The translations under genes were made by a program, and so were the position numbers. A DNA stretch of 64,000 bases, taken from NCBI RefSeq assembly GCF_009914755.1, contig NC_060936.1, one strand, 5' to 3'. The first letter of the stretch is position 1, and each line of letters begins with the position of its first letter. Below, piece after piece: positions 33,159-48,640 of the stretch. Below the pieces are notes generated by a model, which worked only from the letters and a program-made list of their open reading frames with translations, ran no database searches and was not told where the DNA came from. This stretch comes from the human T2T-CHM13v2.0 reference genome, Homo sapiens.

Positions 33159-33679
33159 TAAGAGTTGGAAGTCTTAGTATGACATTGTAGAGTCTTTGAG
33201 TAGGTTTTTTTTTTTTTAATTGTGCAGTAGTCACTATGCTAAATGTTATTTCCACTGGAAGGGTTGAAGACGTTTCCCTTTCATTGTTGTTCATTGACTA
33301 AGAGGTCTGAGGAGGGGGACTGGAGCTTGAGAAGATTAAATTTAGGCAAAGTTACTCTAGGAATGGGAAAGGGAACTGGGTGGGAACAAAGTGAAGGCTT
33401 GCTGATGTACCTTAGAAATCCTATCTTTTTAAGAGAAGTACGTGGACACTATCTGATTTCCTGCAGGGTGCTGTGGCTGGAGACTGGAAGAAATGGTGGC
33501 TTCATCAATACTGGAATGGAGATTGCCAGGATTGTTGTTCTGGAAAAACAGAGATGAGCTATAGTTGAAATTGCTGCCATTGGGGTTCACACTAGGTAGG
33601 AAGGGAGGCAACTTCAGGAAGGAGTCAGAGAATGGAGGTAGGGGGTACAGAGGACTGAGTGCTGAAGGTTTAGGAGCTA

Positions 33680-33838
33680 GTAACTCAGAGTGCAGGCCAG
33701 GGACAGCACTGGCATCACCTGGGAGCTTGTTGGAAATGTAGAATCTGTCACTCCACTCCAAACCTACTGAATCAGAACACACATTTTAATAAGATTTCCA
33801 GATGATGTATATGTACATTCAAGTTTAAGGTGCACTGG
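33680..33838. mobile_element. MER5A-like DNA transposon
   Basis: GCATCACCTGGGAGCTTGTTGGAAATGTAGAATC...CCTACTGAATCAGAA. Confidence 0.7.
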
Positions 33839-33909
33839 TCAAGAGAGAAAAAAAAATTTAGTGTTAAGAGTATGAAAGATAACAGCAAAATAAAAGGTTA
33901 GCCTAATAG

Positions 33910-34296
<387 letters not shown>

Positions 34297-34872
34297 TAAT
34301 AAAAAGGCTAATAATTTGAAAACATACAAATGTATGACTTCTGTACAGAAAACCTTATAAAGGTTATAAGAAGAAAGGTTTAAATCAGGTTATGAGAAAA
34401 ATTACAAGCTGGAAGAAGGAATTAATGCTCTTACAAAATAAAGAATGAGCAAAGGAGATGAATAAGCAGTTCATAAAAGCAGTAACACAAATAGCTAATA
34501 AATATAGTAAAGGTTACCAACCTGGTAAGCAATCAAAGAATTACAAGTTAAAAGGGTAAAGTAATACTTTGTTTTGCTTATCACAAAGCAAGATTAAAAA
34601 GATTGACAATACCTGGAAGTAGACAGGATCTCAGGAAATGACATTTATGCTGTTTCAATGGTGTTCTAAATTAATACAATCTTTCTGGAGGGAAATCTGG
34701 GAATAGACATCAAAATTTTATATGTGCCATTCCTTGCTAGAAATTTATGCTATAGAAGTAATTTGAAGATGTGTTGAGTTTGTATATGTTAGGAGCTTCA
34801 TAAGTGCTGCTGCTTTAAATTGTGACAAAGTAGATAAAACCTAAATGTCAAACAACAGCAGATTGGTTAGAT

Positions 34873-35090
34873 CAGTGGTTCTCAACTTGAGGCAGTAGTG
34901 CCCACAGCAGACATTTGGCAATATCTTGAGACATTTTTGATTGTCATAACTAGGGATGGGAGCTACTGGCATCTAGTGCTGATACAGAGGGCAGGGAGGC
35001 ATTAAATATCCTTCAGTGCACAACACAGCCTCCCACAACAAAGAATTATTCAGCCCAAAATGTCAATAGTGCTGAAGTTAAGACACCCTG
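34873..35090 (+). mobile_element. MER20 (hAT-Charlie DNA transposon)
   Basis: Termini CAGTGGTTCTCAAC...ACCCTG with an 8-bp TSD GGTTAGAT/GGTTAAAG. Confidence 0.85.
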
Positions 35091-35834
35091 GGTTAAAGAA
35101 TATTATAGCTGTACAATTAATTGTTTTTCAGCCATAATAATGTCAATGTAGATCTGCATTTATTCACTTGGAAAGACAAATTGTTCAGGCAAGAAGCAGA
35201 TAATAAAAGTAAAATAAATAGTAAGATCTCATTTAGATAAAGCAAACAAAAAAAAACTATTCCCAGCAATGTGTTTCTAAGGTTACCAACATGCTGAGTG
35301 CAAATCCACGAGTTGCAATGTTTTAATTTTCTTTTTTACATCTTTCTGTATTTTCTGAAAAGTTTTTCCACCAAACATGCATTGCTTTTTTAAATTGGAA
35401 AAACAATGAAGGCATTTTAATTTAAAAGCAAAGCAGAGGAAAAAGCACAAAAGTGTTAGAGAGGACCAATGACTAATTCTGAATGAAAACAGGATCAAAA
35501 TGTCTTAGAGTGAATTACAAAAGTGAAGAGGAGGTAAAGATCACTGGAAATGGGAAATTAAGGAATGAAAAAGCCAGAGTGTTGGATTGGTTCTGTTTAA
35601 GGACTCTGAATTTCCCTAAGATAGTAGCAGGAATTGGGACAGAGGGAATAACTATAGTCGGGGCTAAGTACCTCAATAGATGTCAACAAGAATGAGAACA
35701 GTATAACTAGACTTTGTGACTTTCAAACTTTTTTCTTTGAAAGTGTCACAAGAAAATCTGAACAAGATAAAAGAAAAATTTTAAACTTACAAATTTTACT
35801 TACCTGGAAACAACCATTCTTAAAACACATTTAG

Positions 35835-35978
35835 GGATGGGGCAAGGTAGTCCCAGCTACTGAGGAGGCTGGGGCAGGAGGATTGCTTGACCCCAGGGGT
35901 TTGAGGTTGCAGTGAGCCATGATCGCATGGCACTCCATTCTGGGTGACAGAATGAGACTCTGTCTTAAAAAAAAAAAA
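35835..35978 (+). mobile_element. Alu right arm
   Basis: Partial Alu with TSD ACACATTTAGG. Confidence 0.85.
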
Positions 35979-36261
35979 TCCCCAAACCCCAAAACAATCA
36001 AACAAACACACACACATTTAGGTATTAACCAGCGCCCTAATGTGGCACATTTGTTTCTGGTATTTCTTTATTATACACAGCACATCTAGAAACATTCTCA
36101 GAGCTAAACCTTTGAGCATGTCCTTACCTCCTTAGGATCATTTCTTAGACATGTAATTGCTAGGTTAAAAAGCATGTACACTTTTAAGACTTAAAATATT
36201 TGGCCAAGTTATACTCCTATAAAATGTCAAATGTATAATTTAAAAAATGTTAAAAAGTATT

Positions 36262-37256
36262 CTCATACAAATATAGAGTAAGCACAGTTCAAGTTTTAAT
36301 TTTAACTTATTAATGAGGAAACCAGCAGGATAACAAAGCCAGTTCAAAGAAAGACATGAGAAAATATGTGTGTATACACACACACACACACGTATATCTA
36401 TATGTGTACATATATATCTATATGTGTATATACATATATTATGTATATCTATTTATATATGTACATACATATATATGTATATGTGTATATGCATATATGT
36501 ATAAATATGTGTATATATCTAAATATACATAGTACATATATGTAAGTATATAGATATTATATAAATATATCTGTAAGTATATATATAGATATTATGTACA
36601 TACATCTATAAGTATATACATAGATATATGTACATACATCTATATATGTATACACATATGTATCTATATATACATTTACTACATACATATATGTATGTAT
36701 ATATGTACATATATCTATAATAATATATACATAATATATGTATATGTTATGTATATATGTATGTACATCCCATAATGTATATGATGTCTATACATATAGA
36801 CATCATATATGTATATGATGTATATACTTATGTATATTATGTACATATATACATATAGTATATGTATTATGTGTACACATACCTATATACATATTGTATT
36901 TATATTATGTATATACATACTATATATAATATACATATGTAAATATACATCCTATATATATACATAAATATATAAAAAAGAATACTAAAATCATTCTACA
37001 TTATTGCTAAATTAGATATAAATCTGATTAATGTCTTACAGGGTGATAAACCATAATGTTTGGTGCTATCTTTACAGAGCAAAATTATTTTCATCTGTGC
37101 AGGACAGAAATTATATCTCCATTGGACAAAAATATAGCATCTCACCAATTTTCTACAAACTAACATTTGAATTTACAGTTGTAAAATGTGCAAATCTGTA
37201 ATAACGAGTCAGGATTCAATTCACCTTAGATGGACTGGTTAGGCAATGCCTAACAT
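36262..37256 (-). mobile_element. LTR37-like LTR with an expanded internal TA-rich repeat
   Basis: Motif TTATTAATGAGGAAACCAGCAGGAT and terminus ...GCCTAACA. Confidence 0.55.
36362..36975. repeat. ~600-bp degenerate (TA/TG/CA)n tract
   Basis: Directly visible. Confidence 0.95.
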
Positions 37257-38736
37257 GAAAACAAATTATGCAATCATATTTTGCTTTCCAAGTTTTGAAA
37301 AATTTTTTCTGACCAAAGGTCATTCCAATTTACAGTCCTCACTGGTGATATGTGAAAATGCCTGTTTGGCTCCTCATGATTACTATTATCTCTTTTAAAA
37401 ATGTTTGCCAATTTCATAGATAAAAACGAAATCTCATAATTTTAAGTTTTAGTATTAATGTGACTGAACATTTCTCTCATAGTCTTATTGAACATTTATT
37501 GTTCTTCTTTTAAAAAATAGTCTATTAATAGCTTTTGCTCATTTTTCTGGTTGTGTATTAGTCTTTTCCTTCTGGATTCATAGTTTTTTGATATATTCTT
37601 AGAAAGTTTATTCTTAAATTATAAATTAATTTATATTTTCTTCTATTTTTATTTCTTTGGTATTTTTATTTTTTCATTTTTCTTCTTTCATCTCATTTTT
37701 TAAAATTAATTTTTTTAGAGCAGTTTGAGATTTGCAGAAAAATTGAACAGAAAGTATAGGGTTCCCATATACCCTTTTCCTGCCCTACCCACATACACAG
37801 TTTCCCTTATTATTAACATCTTGGCGTTAGCGTGTCACATCTGTTAAAATTGATGAGCCAATATTGACACATTATTATTAACTAAATCTATAGTTTATAT
37901 TGCATATGCTATGAGTTTTTACAAATGTATAATGGCATGTATCCAACATTACAGTATCATACAGAATAATTTCATGGCCCTAGTGATCCCCTGTGCTCCA
38001 CCTATTCATCCCTCTCTCCCTCCCCCAGATTTATATTTGTAGTCCACTTGGAATTTGTTTTCATCTAGTATGTGAACTATGTGTTAATTGTGTGAAGACA
38101 TTGTTCTGTCAGGACAGATTCCAATCCTTAACCCCTACCTACGAAAGGTTCTCCTGAAGTGTATATGCCCAGAGCACCAGGCCAGGCAACACATCCTTCT
38201 TATTACCAAATGGGGCTTTGGTCTCCAAACGTTTGAGTAGGACCACCATCCAAATGAGAAGGGCACTGAGACTTTTAGCAGTTCTCAATGAAACAACAAG
38301 AAGAGAACACCTTAACATGTTGGAATTGGGTTGCAAATTTTTCTTTATGATAAAAGATGGCCCTTTATTCTGAGACCATGTCCTTCCTATATTTTTTAAA
38401 TTATTGTGCTATAAAACATATAAAATTACCATCTTAACTGTTTCTAAGTGTACAGTGCAGTTGTGTTAACTCTATGCACACTGTTGTGCAATAGAGCTCT
38501 AGAACTTTTTCAAACCTTGCAAAACTGAAACTCTATACCCACTGAACAACAACCCACCTTTTCTCTCTCTCTCCTGCTCCTGGCTACCAACATTCTTTCT
38601 AAAAGTCTGACTAGTTTAGATTCCTAATATAAGTGGAATCATGCAATATTTGTCTTTTTGTGACTGGCTTATTTCTGTTCCATTGGTCAATTTGTGTGTT
38701 TTTGTGCTACAGAAGTAATTTGAAGATGTGCTGAGT

Positions 38737-38738
<2 letters not shown>

Positions 38739-38780
<42 letters not shown>
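38739..38780. repeat. (GT)21 microsatellite
   Basis: Directly visible. Confidence 0.98.
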
Positions 38781-38783
<3 letters not shown>

Positions 38784-38786
38784 AAG

Positions 38787-38890
38787 CTAACACATCAGCT
38801 GAGAAACAATGTCAGGAAAAATCTAAACATTTGAAATTAATTTCAGTTCAGGAAGTCACCCCAAATAGTGTGAGTGAAGCATCAAATGGT
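38787..38890 (+). repeat. 104-bp local direct duplicate of 40472-40575
   Basis: 101 of 104 positions identical. Confidence 0.97.
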
Positions 38891-38936
38891 CGCTCAGAAA
38901 TAACTCGCCCAATAAGGTAAAACTTATTTTACATTA

Positions 38937-39207
38937 TTTTGTTTTTTGTTTGTTTGTTTGTTTTTGAGACAGGGTCTGGCTCTGTTGCCCAGGCTGGAGT
39001 GCAGTGACGTGATCACAGCTCACTGTAGCCTTAACCTCCCAGGCTTAAGTAATCCTCCCACCTGAGCCTCCCGGGTAGCTGGGACTACAGGTGTGTACCA
39101 CCACGCATGGCTATTTTTTTGTGTATTTTTTGTAGATACAGAGTCTCACCATGTTGCCCAGGCTGGTCTCGAACTTCTGGCCTCAAGTGATCTGCCTGCC
39201 TAGGCCT
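38937..39207 (-). mobile_element. Alu (J-like, 5'-truncated)
   Basis: Alu homology. Confidence 0.92.
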
Positions 39208-41983
39208 TAAAGACACATTTTCTTGAAATTTCACAAGTAGAATATAATGCCTTATACTAATGCTGCTCAATGATTCTTTCTATTGTCTGCTGCTTCTCAT
39301 GTATCTGAGGGAGTTTGGGCATTTATCTTAAGCTGGGATCTCCTGGTACCTCCCCCAGTACTAAACCTACCTCCTTCAAAGTAGCTCCCCCAACTCAGAT
39401 CAGTACCCCCAGCAAAACTGGATTTGTTTGTTTTTGATAAAAAAGGAAAGTGACCTTGCAATTCTTCAGAAAGGAAAGATTGCTATTTATAGCTAGAGAT
39501 AAGAAAATTGTTAGTGAAAAGCTGGATGGTTTTTGTTAAGGTCCAAGATGATCCTTTCCCTAAACTACCACGGGTGATGTCTAAACAGTGGGACTCAGAG
39601 ATTGAAAGAATATGTCTCAACTCAAGCATTCTCTGTTTAAAACAAGGACTCTGTAGTCTTGGCTGTGCATCTTTTAAAAATTGTTCCTTTATTTTTTTAT
39701 TAGTAGACTTTGTTTTTTAGAACTGTATGTCTTTTTAATAAGCATTTCTCTAGAAATTGTGGCTGTGTTTTCTGTTTGTTATGCAAGTTGTCTATCAAAA
39801 ACCAAACAGAGTAGTTCTTTTATTTTGGATGTGCAACTGTAAATGCATTAGTATTCCTTTGAGAGATTTAGAAAGGATTTGTATACACATTTGTGTTCGT
39901 GATAAATTTCTGAATCCTAGAATTTTTCATGGCACAAAGAAAGAAAAGGACTAAAAAAATGCTATCTACATAATCAAAAAGCGTACCATAGGAAGAATAT
40001 AAAAATACACAGCAATGACTATAAAATCATGCACCGTTATCACACTATTGTCCCTTGTTGGCACTATGTCACTGTGAGAGTAAACCTATTTCTGCTTTGC
40101 CCCACTCTCTGATTTTTAATTATTCATTCATTTCCTTATCAATTATTTATTGTTTACTCTGTGTCAGGCACTGCACTTGCTCCTAGGGAATACGACTGTA
40201 AACAAGACAGAACAAATCTCTGCCCTTAGGTAGCTTACATTCTACAAGAGCCAAAAATCTCCACTAAAGAATTTCACATGTTCAAAGAAACCTGTGATCT
40301 TTCTTGGGGAGCTGGCATAATATTACTTTCTGCTTCTTGTGTCTTATCCCCTAGTGGTTTGTACCACATTCTGTACTGCACAGCATGACCTTCTTAGCTT
40401 CACATTCTATCTACTGTTGGTGAAGCAAAATTAAAATGTAATCAGATCAAAGTTTGACACTCCAGTATGCCCTAACACATCAGCTGAGAAACAATGTCAG
40501 GAAAAATCTAAACGTTTGAAATTAATTTCAGTTCAGGAAGACACCCCAAATAGAGTGAGTGAAGCATCAAATGGTGTCATTTTTTGTTTCCCCCATGGCA
40601 TCTAGGTCAGAGCTCAGTGCATGCTTGCTGATTTATAAGTGTTATTCTAGGAAGAATATAGCATCAAGAGATTATATGTAATAACTAAAATAGTAAATTA
40701 TTAAAAGTAAGGTCTGTGGAACCACACCATCTTAGCTTAAACCCCAGCTCTGTCGCTTACTGTGTGCCCTGAGCAAGTCACTGCACCTCTTGGTGCATTC
40801 ATGTCCTTTTCTGTAAACTGGGCTAACTCATGGTATTGATCTTAGAGGATTATAGTGACCTTACAGGGTTGCATATATTAAATGAGTTAACATATACAAA
40901 GAGTTTAGAACAAACAGTGTCTGGCCTGTTATAAATGCTTTATAAGTCCCAAGCTGAATTCATTTTTATTATTATTACCATCTAGTGAAGATGAACAAGA
41001 CAGAAAGGGATACAACAGATAGTATATGTTTATATTTATCTTATTTATTTCCACATCCCAGCTCCTTCCAACATATTTGCAATAGTGGAATAGACCTTTA
41101 TCAACCATAAATTTGTGATAATTTACAATTACAAAGCAATTGTTACAATAGTGACTTTTTCTCTTAAACTCATGGTCTTTGAGTGCAAAATAATGCTTAC
41201 TTCTCCTACTATACTTTGTTTATATTATAGATTTGCAAGAAAGCTTCTTGGCTCTAATAAGGCCGATTTCCAAAGCAAAGACAGTCCTATTTAGCTGCAT
41301 TTAATCTGGATTGTGTGATATCAAACAATCTGACATAACAGCAGATGAAAGTCATACTCTTGTCTCTTAGGAAACAATATACTTACTGAAATTTATTTCT
41401 TTTCTAGCTTTGTTTCAAATGTCGAGAAAACCATTTCTGGATTTTTTTTTTTTTAAAAACTGTATATTTGAGAAAGAATCTGCCATCTTTGTTAATACCC
41501 TGTACCTGTAGCAGAAAGAAAGGCAGGGGGAGTGTGGGAAGAAGGGAAAAATGTATATATAGCAGAGTGACAAAGAGACTGTTTGAAGATAGTTAATAAT
41601 TTGTAAGTTCATCTAATCATTTACTTTTCAATGACCCTTTTGAAAACAGCATACATCATATCTATTCAACAATGACCTCTGGAAAGTCAAATTATAAATA
41701 TACTCAGACAATAGCCAAACAAATTCTTTTGTCTCCTCATGACTCATGATTAATTGGTTCATTCATTCCTTCTGTTGATAATTATTTAATGAACATCTAA
41801 TAATATGCTAAGCACTATGAATACCATGGTGTAAAAGAGAAACATAGTCCTCACTTTGATAGAGTTCATATTGTATTGGGAAAGATGATACAGAGATAAG
41901 CAGTCACTCAGTTGCCATTTTGATGCCTATTACAGAAAGAAAATTACAGGATATTATGAGACATACTATCAGAACGTACTTAC

Positions 41984-42986
<1,003 letters not shown>

Positions 42987-44700
42987 GTTCCCTCCCTTGT
43001 GCTTCAGCACACCTCAATCCTGAGGTGTGAGCTGGGGAGATGGGAAAAGGCTGACAACTGCTCTTCCTGTTGACAGGGGGTATAGTTGGGGCAAGGGTTG
43101 CCCCCAAGGTAAGAGGAGTGAAACCATTTTGCAGTTGTCTGTATGTATTCCCAGGTGCCTTGTTGGGTCCCCAATGTTGGTATAACAAAAACGTTAGTAT
43201 TCTTATCCACATCGTTAGTATAGCACTTAAGAGAACAGTAAACTACAAGAGACCTAATGCAAGGTGTGAAAGTCTTAGCTTCAGGAGTCCTTGCAGAACT
43301 GATCTGAAGCCTTGAGGGATTCAGGTAAATATCCCCAAGAACCAATCAGATGTGAGTCATTAGTATAGGCTCACAAACAATGGACAAGGCTAGAATTTTT
43401 TTCTTTTCTTTTCTTTCTTTCTTTTTTTTTTTTTTTTTTTTTTTTGAGACAGTGTCTCACTCTGTTGCCCAGGCTGGAGTGCAGTGGCATGATCAGAGCT
43501 CACTGAAGCCTTGACCTCTAGGGCTAAAGTGATCCTGCCATCTCAGCCTTCCAAGTAGCTGGGACTACAGGTGTGCACCACCACACCCAGCTAACTTTTA
43601 AATAATTTTTTGTAGAGATGGGGTCTCCCTATGTTGCCCAGGCTGGTCTCGAACTTCTGGGCTCAAGTGATTCATCCTCCTGCCTCGGCCTCTCAAAATG
43701 TTGGGATTACAGGTGTGAGCCACTGTGCCCAGCCAAGGCTAGAATCTAATAACAGGCATGCTATAGGTTTTTTTTGAAACATAATTTTTCCCTCTCCAGT
43801 TTTCCCCCATTTTTACCAAAGACAAATCATAGCAGGACCAATTTATTTGCAAAATAAGCTTTGGTTTTATTTATACTAGGCCTAATTGTTTGCATGAAAC
43901 ATAACATGAATAATTATTTGCTATATAGGCCTTTTTAAAAAATTGGCTTTGCTGGATGTTTTTTTAATAAGGAATCTCAGATTAGACCTTTTAAAAGCAT
44001 CTTGAGCCCAGCCAAAGATTTATTTGTGCCTGCAGATACCTGTATGAATTGAATGAATTCCTCATTTCTAGAGGTACCAAAATAACTTGGGATTCCTAGG
44101 CCTATCAGAAAGGGACATTTTTACTTACCACAGGTTGGGAACCTTGTAAAAACAAGGTGGCCAGTTTTTCCAAGGAATTTTTATCAGCTCTGTAGCTCAA
44201 CCTCAATTCCTCAAAGCAGTCTGAAAAGTCTGAAAACATGTCATTCCAGTCAAAGCCTTGGTAAAATAACTAGTGTCTCTAATAGTGTCCTGTTACAAAA
44301 GAAAACAGATGCTTACTGAACTTATGCAAATAGCTATACTACCATAAATTAAGTATACGTAGACATAGTTTCCAAATTACAGAGAAATAAGGTAGAGAGA
44401 AAGAAATGCGCTCCAAAATTTGCTCACTGGAGTGTATTTTACTCAGTTGTTAAAAGCTGTAAATAGCTCCAAATAAAAAAGTTTTCTTGACTCTGAAAAA
44501 CACAAAGAATAAGCAACGTTTTAAGCAAAAAATCATAAAAAGATTATTTTGGTCTTCTGTTTGCTCAGTCCATGCAAATAACTCCTGTTCTGCTCAATAT
44601 TCATGAACACATAAGCTCTCCATGAAAGTCCTAGAAGTTTTTTCCCTCTATTCCAGTGGCACAACCTCCAAAGTCATCAGAAACCTGCATTCAAGAGCAC
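42987..44700 (-). mobile_element. Degenerate ERV1 (MER4-group) internal fragment attached to the LTR8, interrupted by an Alu
   Basis: Polypurine tract adjacent to the LTR; the sequence resembles MER4-group internal regions; no intact ORF. Confidence 0.65.
43396..43735 (-). mobile_element. Alu (J-like) inside the ERV internal region
   Basis: Alu dimer with TSD CAAGGCTAGAAT. Confidence 0.95.
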
Positions 44701-44888
44701 AGAAGGTGCTCATTGAGTTGAAATGGAGTTAAGTGGAGTTCAAAAAAGCTTCCAGAAGATGGATCTGTTTAAGCTGTAACTTGAAGGGTGAAGAAATAGA
44801 AAGTCCAGGCAGAGGAAATGGTATGTTTTATTTTACATAGTCATGTAGTTTTTATCAGATATCTTTGCACACATTAGAAATAATTTTG

Positions 44889-45441
<553 letters not shown>

Positions 45442-46675
45442 AGAAATTAGATTTTTATAAAAATTTATACTAATGTCATAATTTCAACCCATTTCTAGCA
45501 TCCCCACTCGCCAAACAGCTCTAATAGCTGTTCCCCATCCCAAAGCAAACTCTCAAGATCCAAAATAGTCTAACAAACAAACAAATAAGACCCAAACTTT
45601 AAGGACTTTGAGCTTTGCCAAGATAGGCTTTTATCTAACTCCTATTGGGAATGATATTCAGGCTACAGATGAGTTATTTTAGTTTTGCCTTTCTAGAGTC
45701 AACAGAAACACTGAAGCTTAAGTTTTCTAACTGTCCCCTTGATCTGTTCCCTCGAGCACCCTGGATTTTATTATCTGACTATAATAGCTAGAATATAGGG
45801 GTCAGATAAATACCGCTAACAATTTATTTTTTGGAGTTTATATTGAAAGTGTGAAGCTATCTGTTTTATGACCTTAAATTATCATTCGTGAGGAAGATGG
45901 AAGAGAGATGAGGGCCTGAGGGGGTAGGCATTAGGGAAATGAGAATTTTTGACATGAGAGACTGACATGAAAAAGTAACCCCAAAATATTCAGGTAATAA
46001 AACCAATGCATTATTGATCAGCCCATCAGATTATGTGTTGTTTAGTTTCTAGTGTCTGTCTTTTAGAGTATATAGGGAGTTGGGAAGGCTTTGGGGGTTT
46101 TGGGGGGAGGGTAGGGAGGAGGTCCCTCTACTCCATTTATCATCTCTCTTGAACTGCAGAATTGGGTTTTAAAATCCAAGTTAGCGTAACCCCCAGTCAG
46201 AATGAAGCTTGGTTGCCTGCATATAGCAACAAAGTTAGGAGGAAATAGTCTCAATGATTAGACTCTCATCATCTCAGTAATACGAGAAATTGCAATTAAG
46301 GGTAATTCAGTAAGGATTTGGAAGCCTGAAATTGCTCCAGAAGTAAAAAGTCTTGCTAGACTCCTGCATCTTTTGGTTCAGTTGCCATTTATTGCTGCCA
46401 CACAACCCAGTAAGCATGCCAATGTATACTATGGCTAAATATGATGCTCTAACCTTGGACCATTGCTCAGTAGCCAGTGGCAGATTGGAGTGGAGGTAAA
46501 AGTACTCATAACTTGGTGCCCCACAGTTATTTGTGGGAATACATATTTCCTCCACTAAATGGTAAGCTCCCGGAGGACACAAAATATACTTTATTAATTC
46601 CTTTATCCTCCATCAGGCCTATCAAGTATTTTGTATGTATTAGAAACTATTTTTGTTGTTAGAAGTACAGATTCT

Positions 46676-46965
46676 GGGCTCACACCTGTAATCCTAGCAC
46701 TTTGGGAGGCTGAGGTGGGTGGATCACTTGAGTCTAGAAGTTCAATACCAGCCTAGCCAACATGGCGAAAGCTCATCTGTACAAAAAATACAAAAATTAG
46801 TTGGGCATGGTGGCGCACACCTGTGGTCCCAGCTACTCAGGGGGCTGAGGCAAGAGGATCGCTTGAGCCCGGGAGGTCAAGGCTGCAGTAAGCCGTGATT
46901 GTACCACAGCACTTTAGTCTAAGCAACGGAGCAAAACCCTGTCTCAGAAATAAGTAAATAAATTA
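46676..46965 (+). mobile_element. Alu (J-like)
   Basis: Alu dimer with TSD AAGTACAGATTCTGG. Confidence 0.95.
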
Positions 46966-48009
46966 AAAAGTACAGATTCTGGAGCCCAGTAGATAAGGAT
47001 TCAAATTCTGAGTGCCAACGTGACTGTGGTTTGGTGTTTAAAGTTGTAATTAGGAATTCACCACTTACCACCTTCATCCTCTTCCTGGCATTAACTCCTG
47101 TAAGCTTCAGTTTCTTCTTTAGAAATGTGGATAATTGATAGCACCTACCTCATAAGGAGTTTGAGAGGGTTAAATGAGATTGTTCACATAAAGCACTCAA
47201 CAATGTGTCTGGCATTCAGTAAATGTTGCTATTATCAATGGAGGTTGTGCAGTAGGTTTTCAAAGAAGGTGTATTAGGTTGTTGAATTATGGATCATGCT
47301 TGTGGTGCACAAGCAAGCGAACACAGTTGAGGTACAGCAATGGAAAATTGCAGGTGAGGCTGGCTTCAGAACGACATGCCCAGGGACTCAAATGATGGCA
47401 CCCAGACCTGGTTTCTCTCATTTCATAATCAGTGTTGCATTCACTGTGTTTGCTCCATTCTCAGACAGCCTCTCATCTCCAGGTCAAGACCTGGAAGAGT
47501 CTGCTTCCCTTTAAGTCAAATCAAAGCTTCAGCTAGGTCTTGTTGGCTTGCATTGGGCGAATGAAGATTATGCACCTGTGCCTGAGCCATCCTCTGAGGC
47601 CAGAGGATGCAGTGTGCTTGGGCCTTGTTCACGTGCTCATGCCTGGAGTGAGGGGGCAGACAGCTACACCTAAACCATATTGACTAAGAGTGGAGGCAGG
47701 GCTGGTTCCTCAGAGGGAAATTAAGGTGCATGTTCTAAAAGAAGGTGAATAACTGCTGTGTAGAAAAAGGTTTTGAAAGGTGGTAAATAATTAATATAAA
47801 GTAGCATTGATGCTTCAAGAAGATATACCACTAAGGTATATCTTCATTCGCCCAATGCGCGCCAACAGGGTATTGAAAAAGGTAGGAAATAATTAATATA
47901 CTACATTATGTTATATATTAGTGTTATAAATCTTGGGTTTCAGGAAATGGAAATCTTATTTTGTAATTTGTAACAGTAAAGCAAGTAGGAGAGAAAGGGA
48001 AATAGATTT

Positions 48010-48640
48010 ATATTGTATCAATTTAGCTAAACTGGAACTGGGTTTCCCTGAATTTTTTTCCCAGCATGGTTGTGGATTGATTGGGCCACAGCAGAAGCTT
48101 TGTCCAAGATTTGGAAGGTGGGAGTTAAGTGCCTATTCTTTTTATGCTCAGAAGGTCAGTCCAGGGCATTAGAGCCACTGTAGCTCACATACATTGTTGC
48201 TTCTCTGCTGGCTCACCTGACAGGCATGAGGCAGCAGCTGGGTCCACCAGCCCTTATAGAGCCTGCCAGATTGCTCCTTCAGCTTCCGCGACCCCCAGGC
48301 CAGGTGTGTATTTACTCCTGACTAAGGTGCCGCTGTTCTTCAAAGTGATCCTCACGTGGAAGTGGTAGGCCTGGAGGTAGGGAGATACCATCATGGGTTC
48401 CAGTCTGTCTGGAGGCCCAGCTCTTCCCCACAGGCTCCAGTTTGTCTTTACCTTCTCCAACTTCATGTCCATCTTTCCTTGCCAACTACCTTCCCTGCAG
48501 ACTGCAGACCCAAGCACCGGGTGCAGAAGCCATAGCATAGAGCTTTTAATGATCTCCCACAATTGCATAAGGTCCAATCCTTAAAACAAATCCATTAGTC
48601 TATATCACTCCTAGTGGTTCTGCTTCTCTGATTGAATTTT
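48010..48640 (+). mobile_element. MLT2-type (ERVL) LTR
   Basis: Starts ATTGTATCAATTTAGCTAAACTGGAAC and ends CTAGTGGTTCTGCTTCTCTGATTGAA. Confidence 0.6.
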
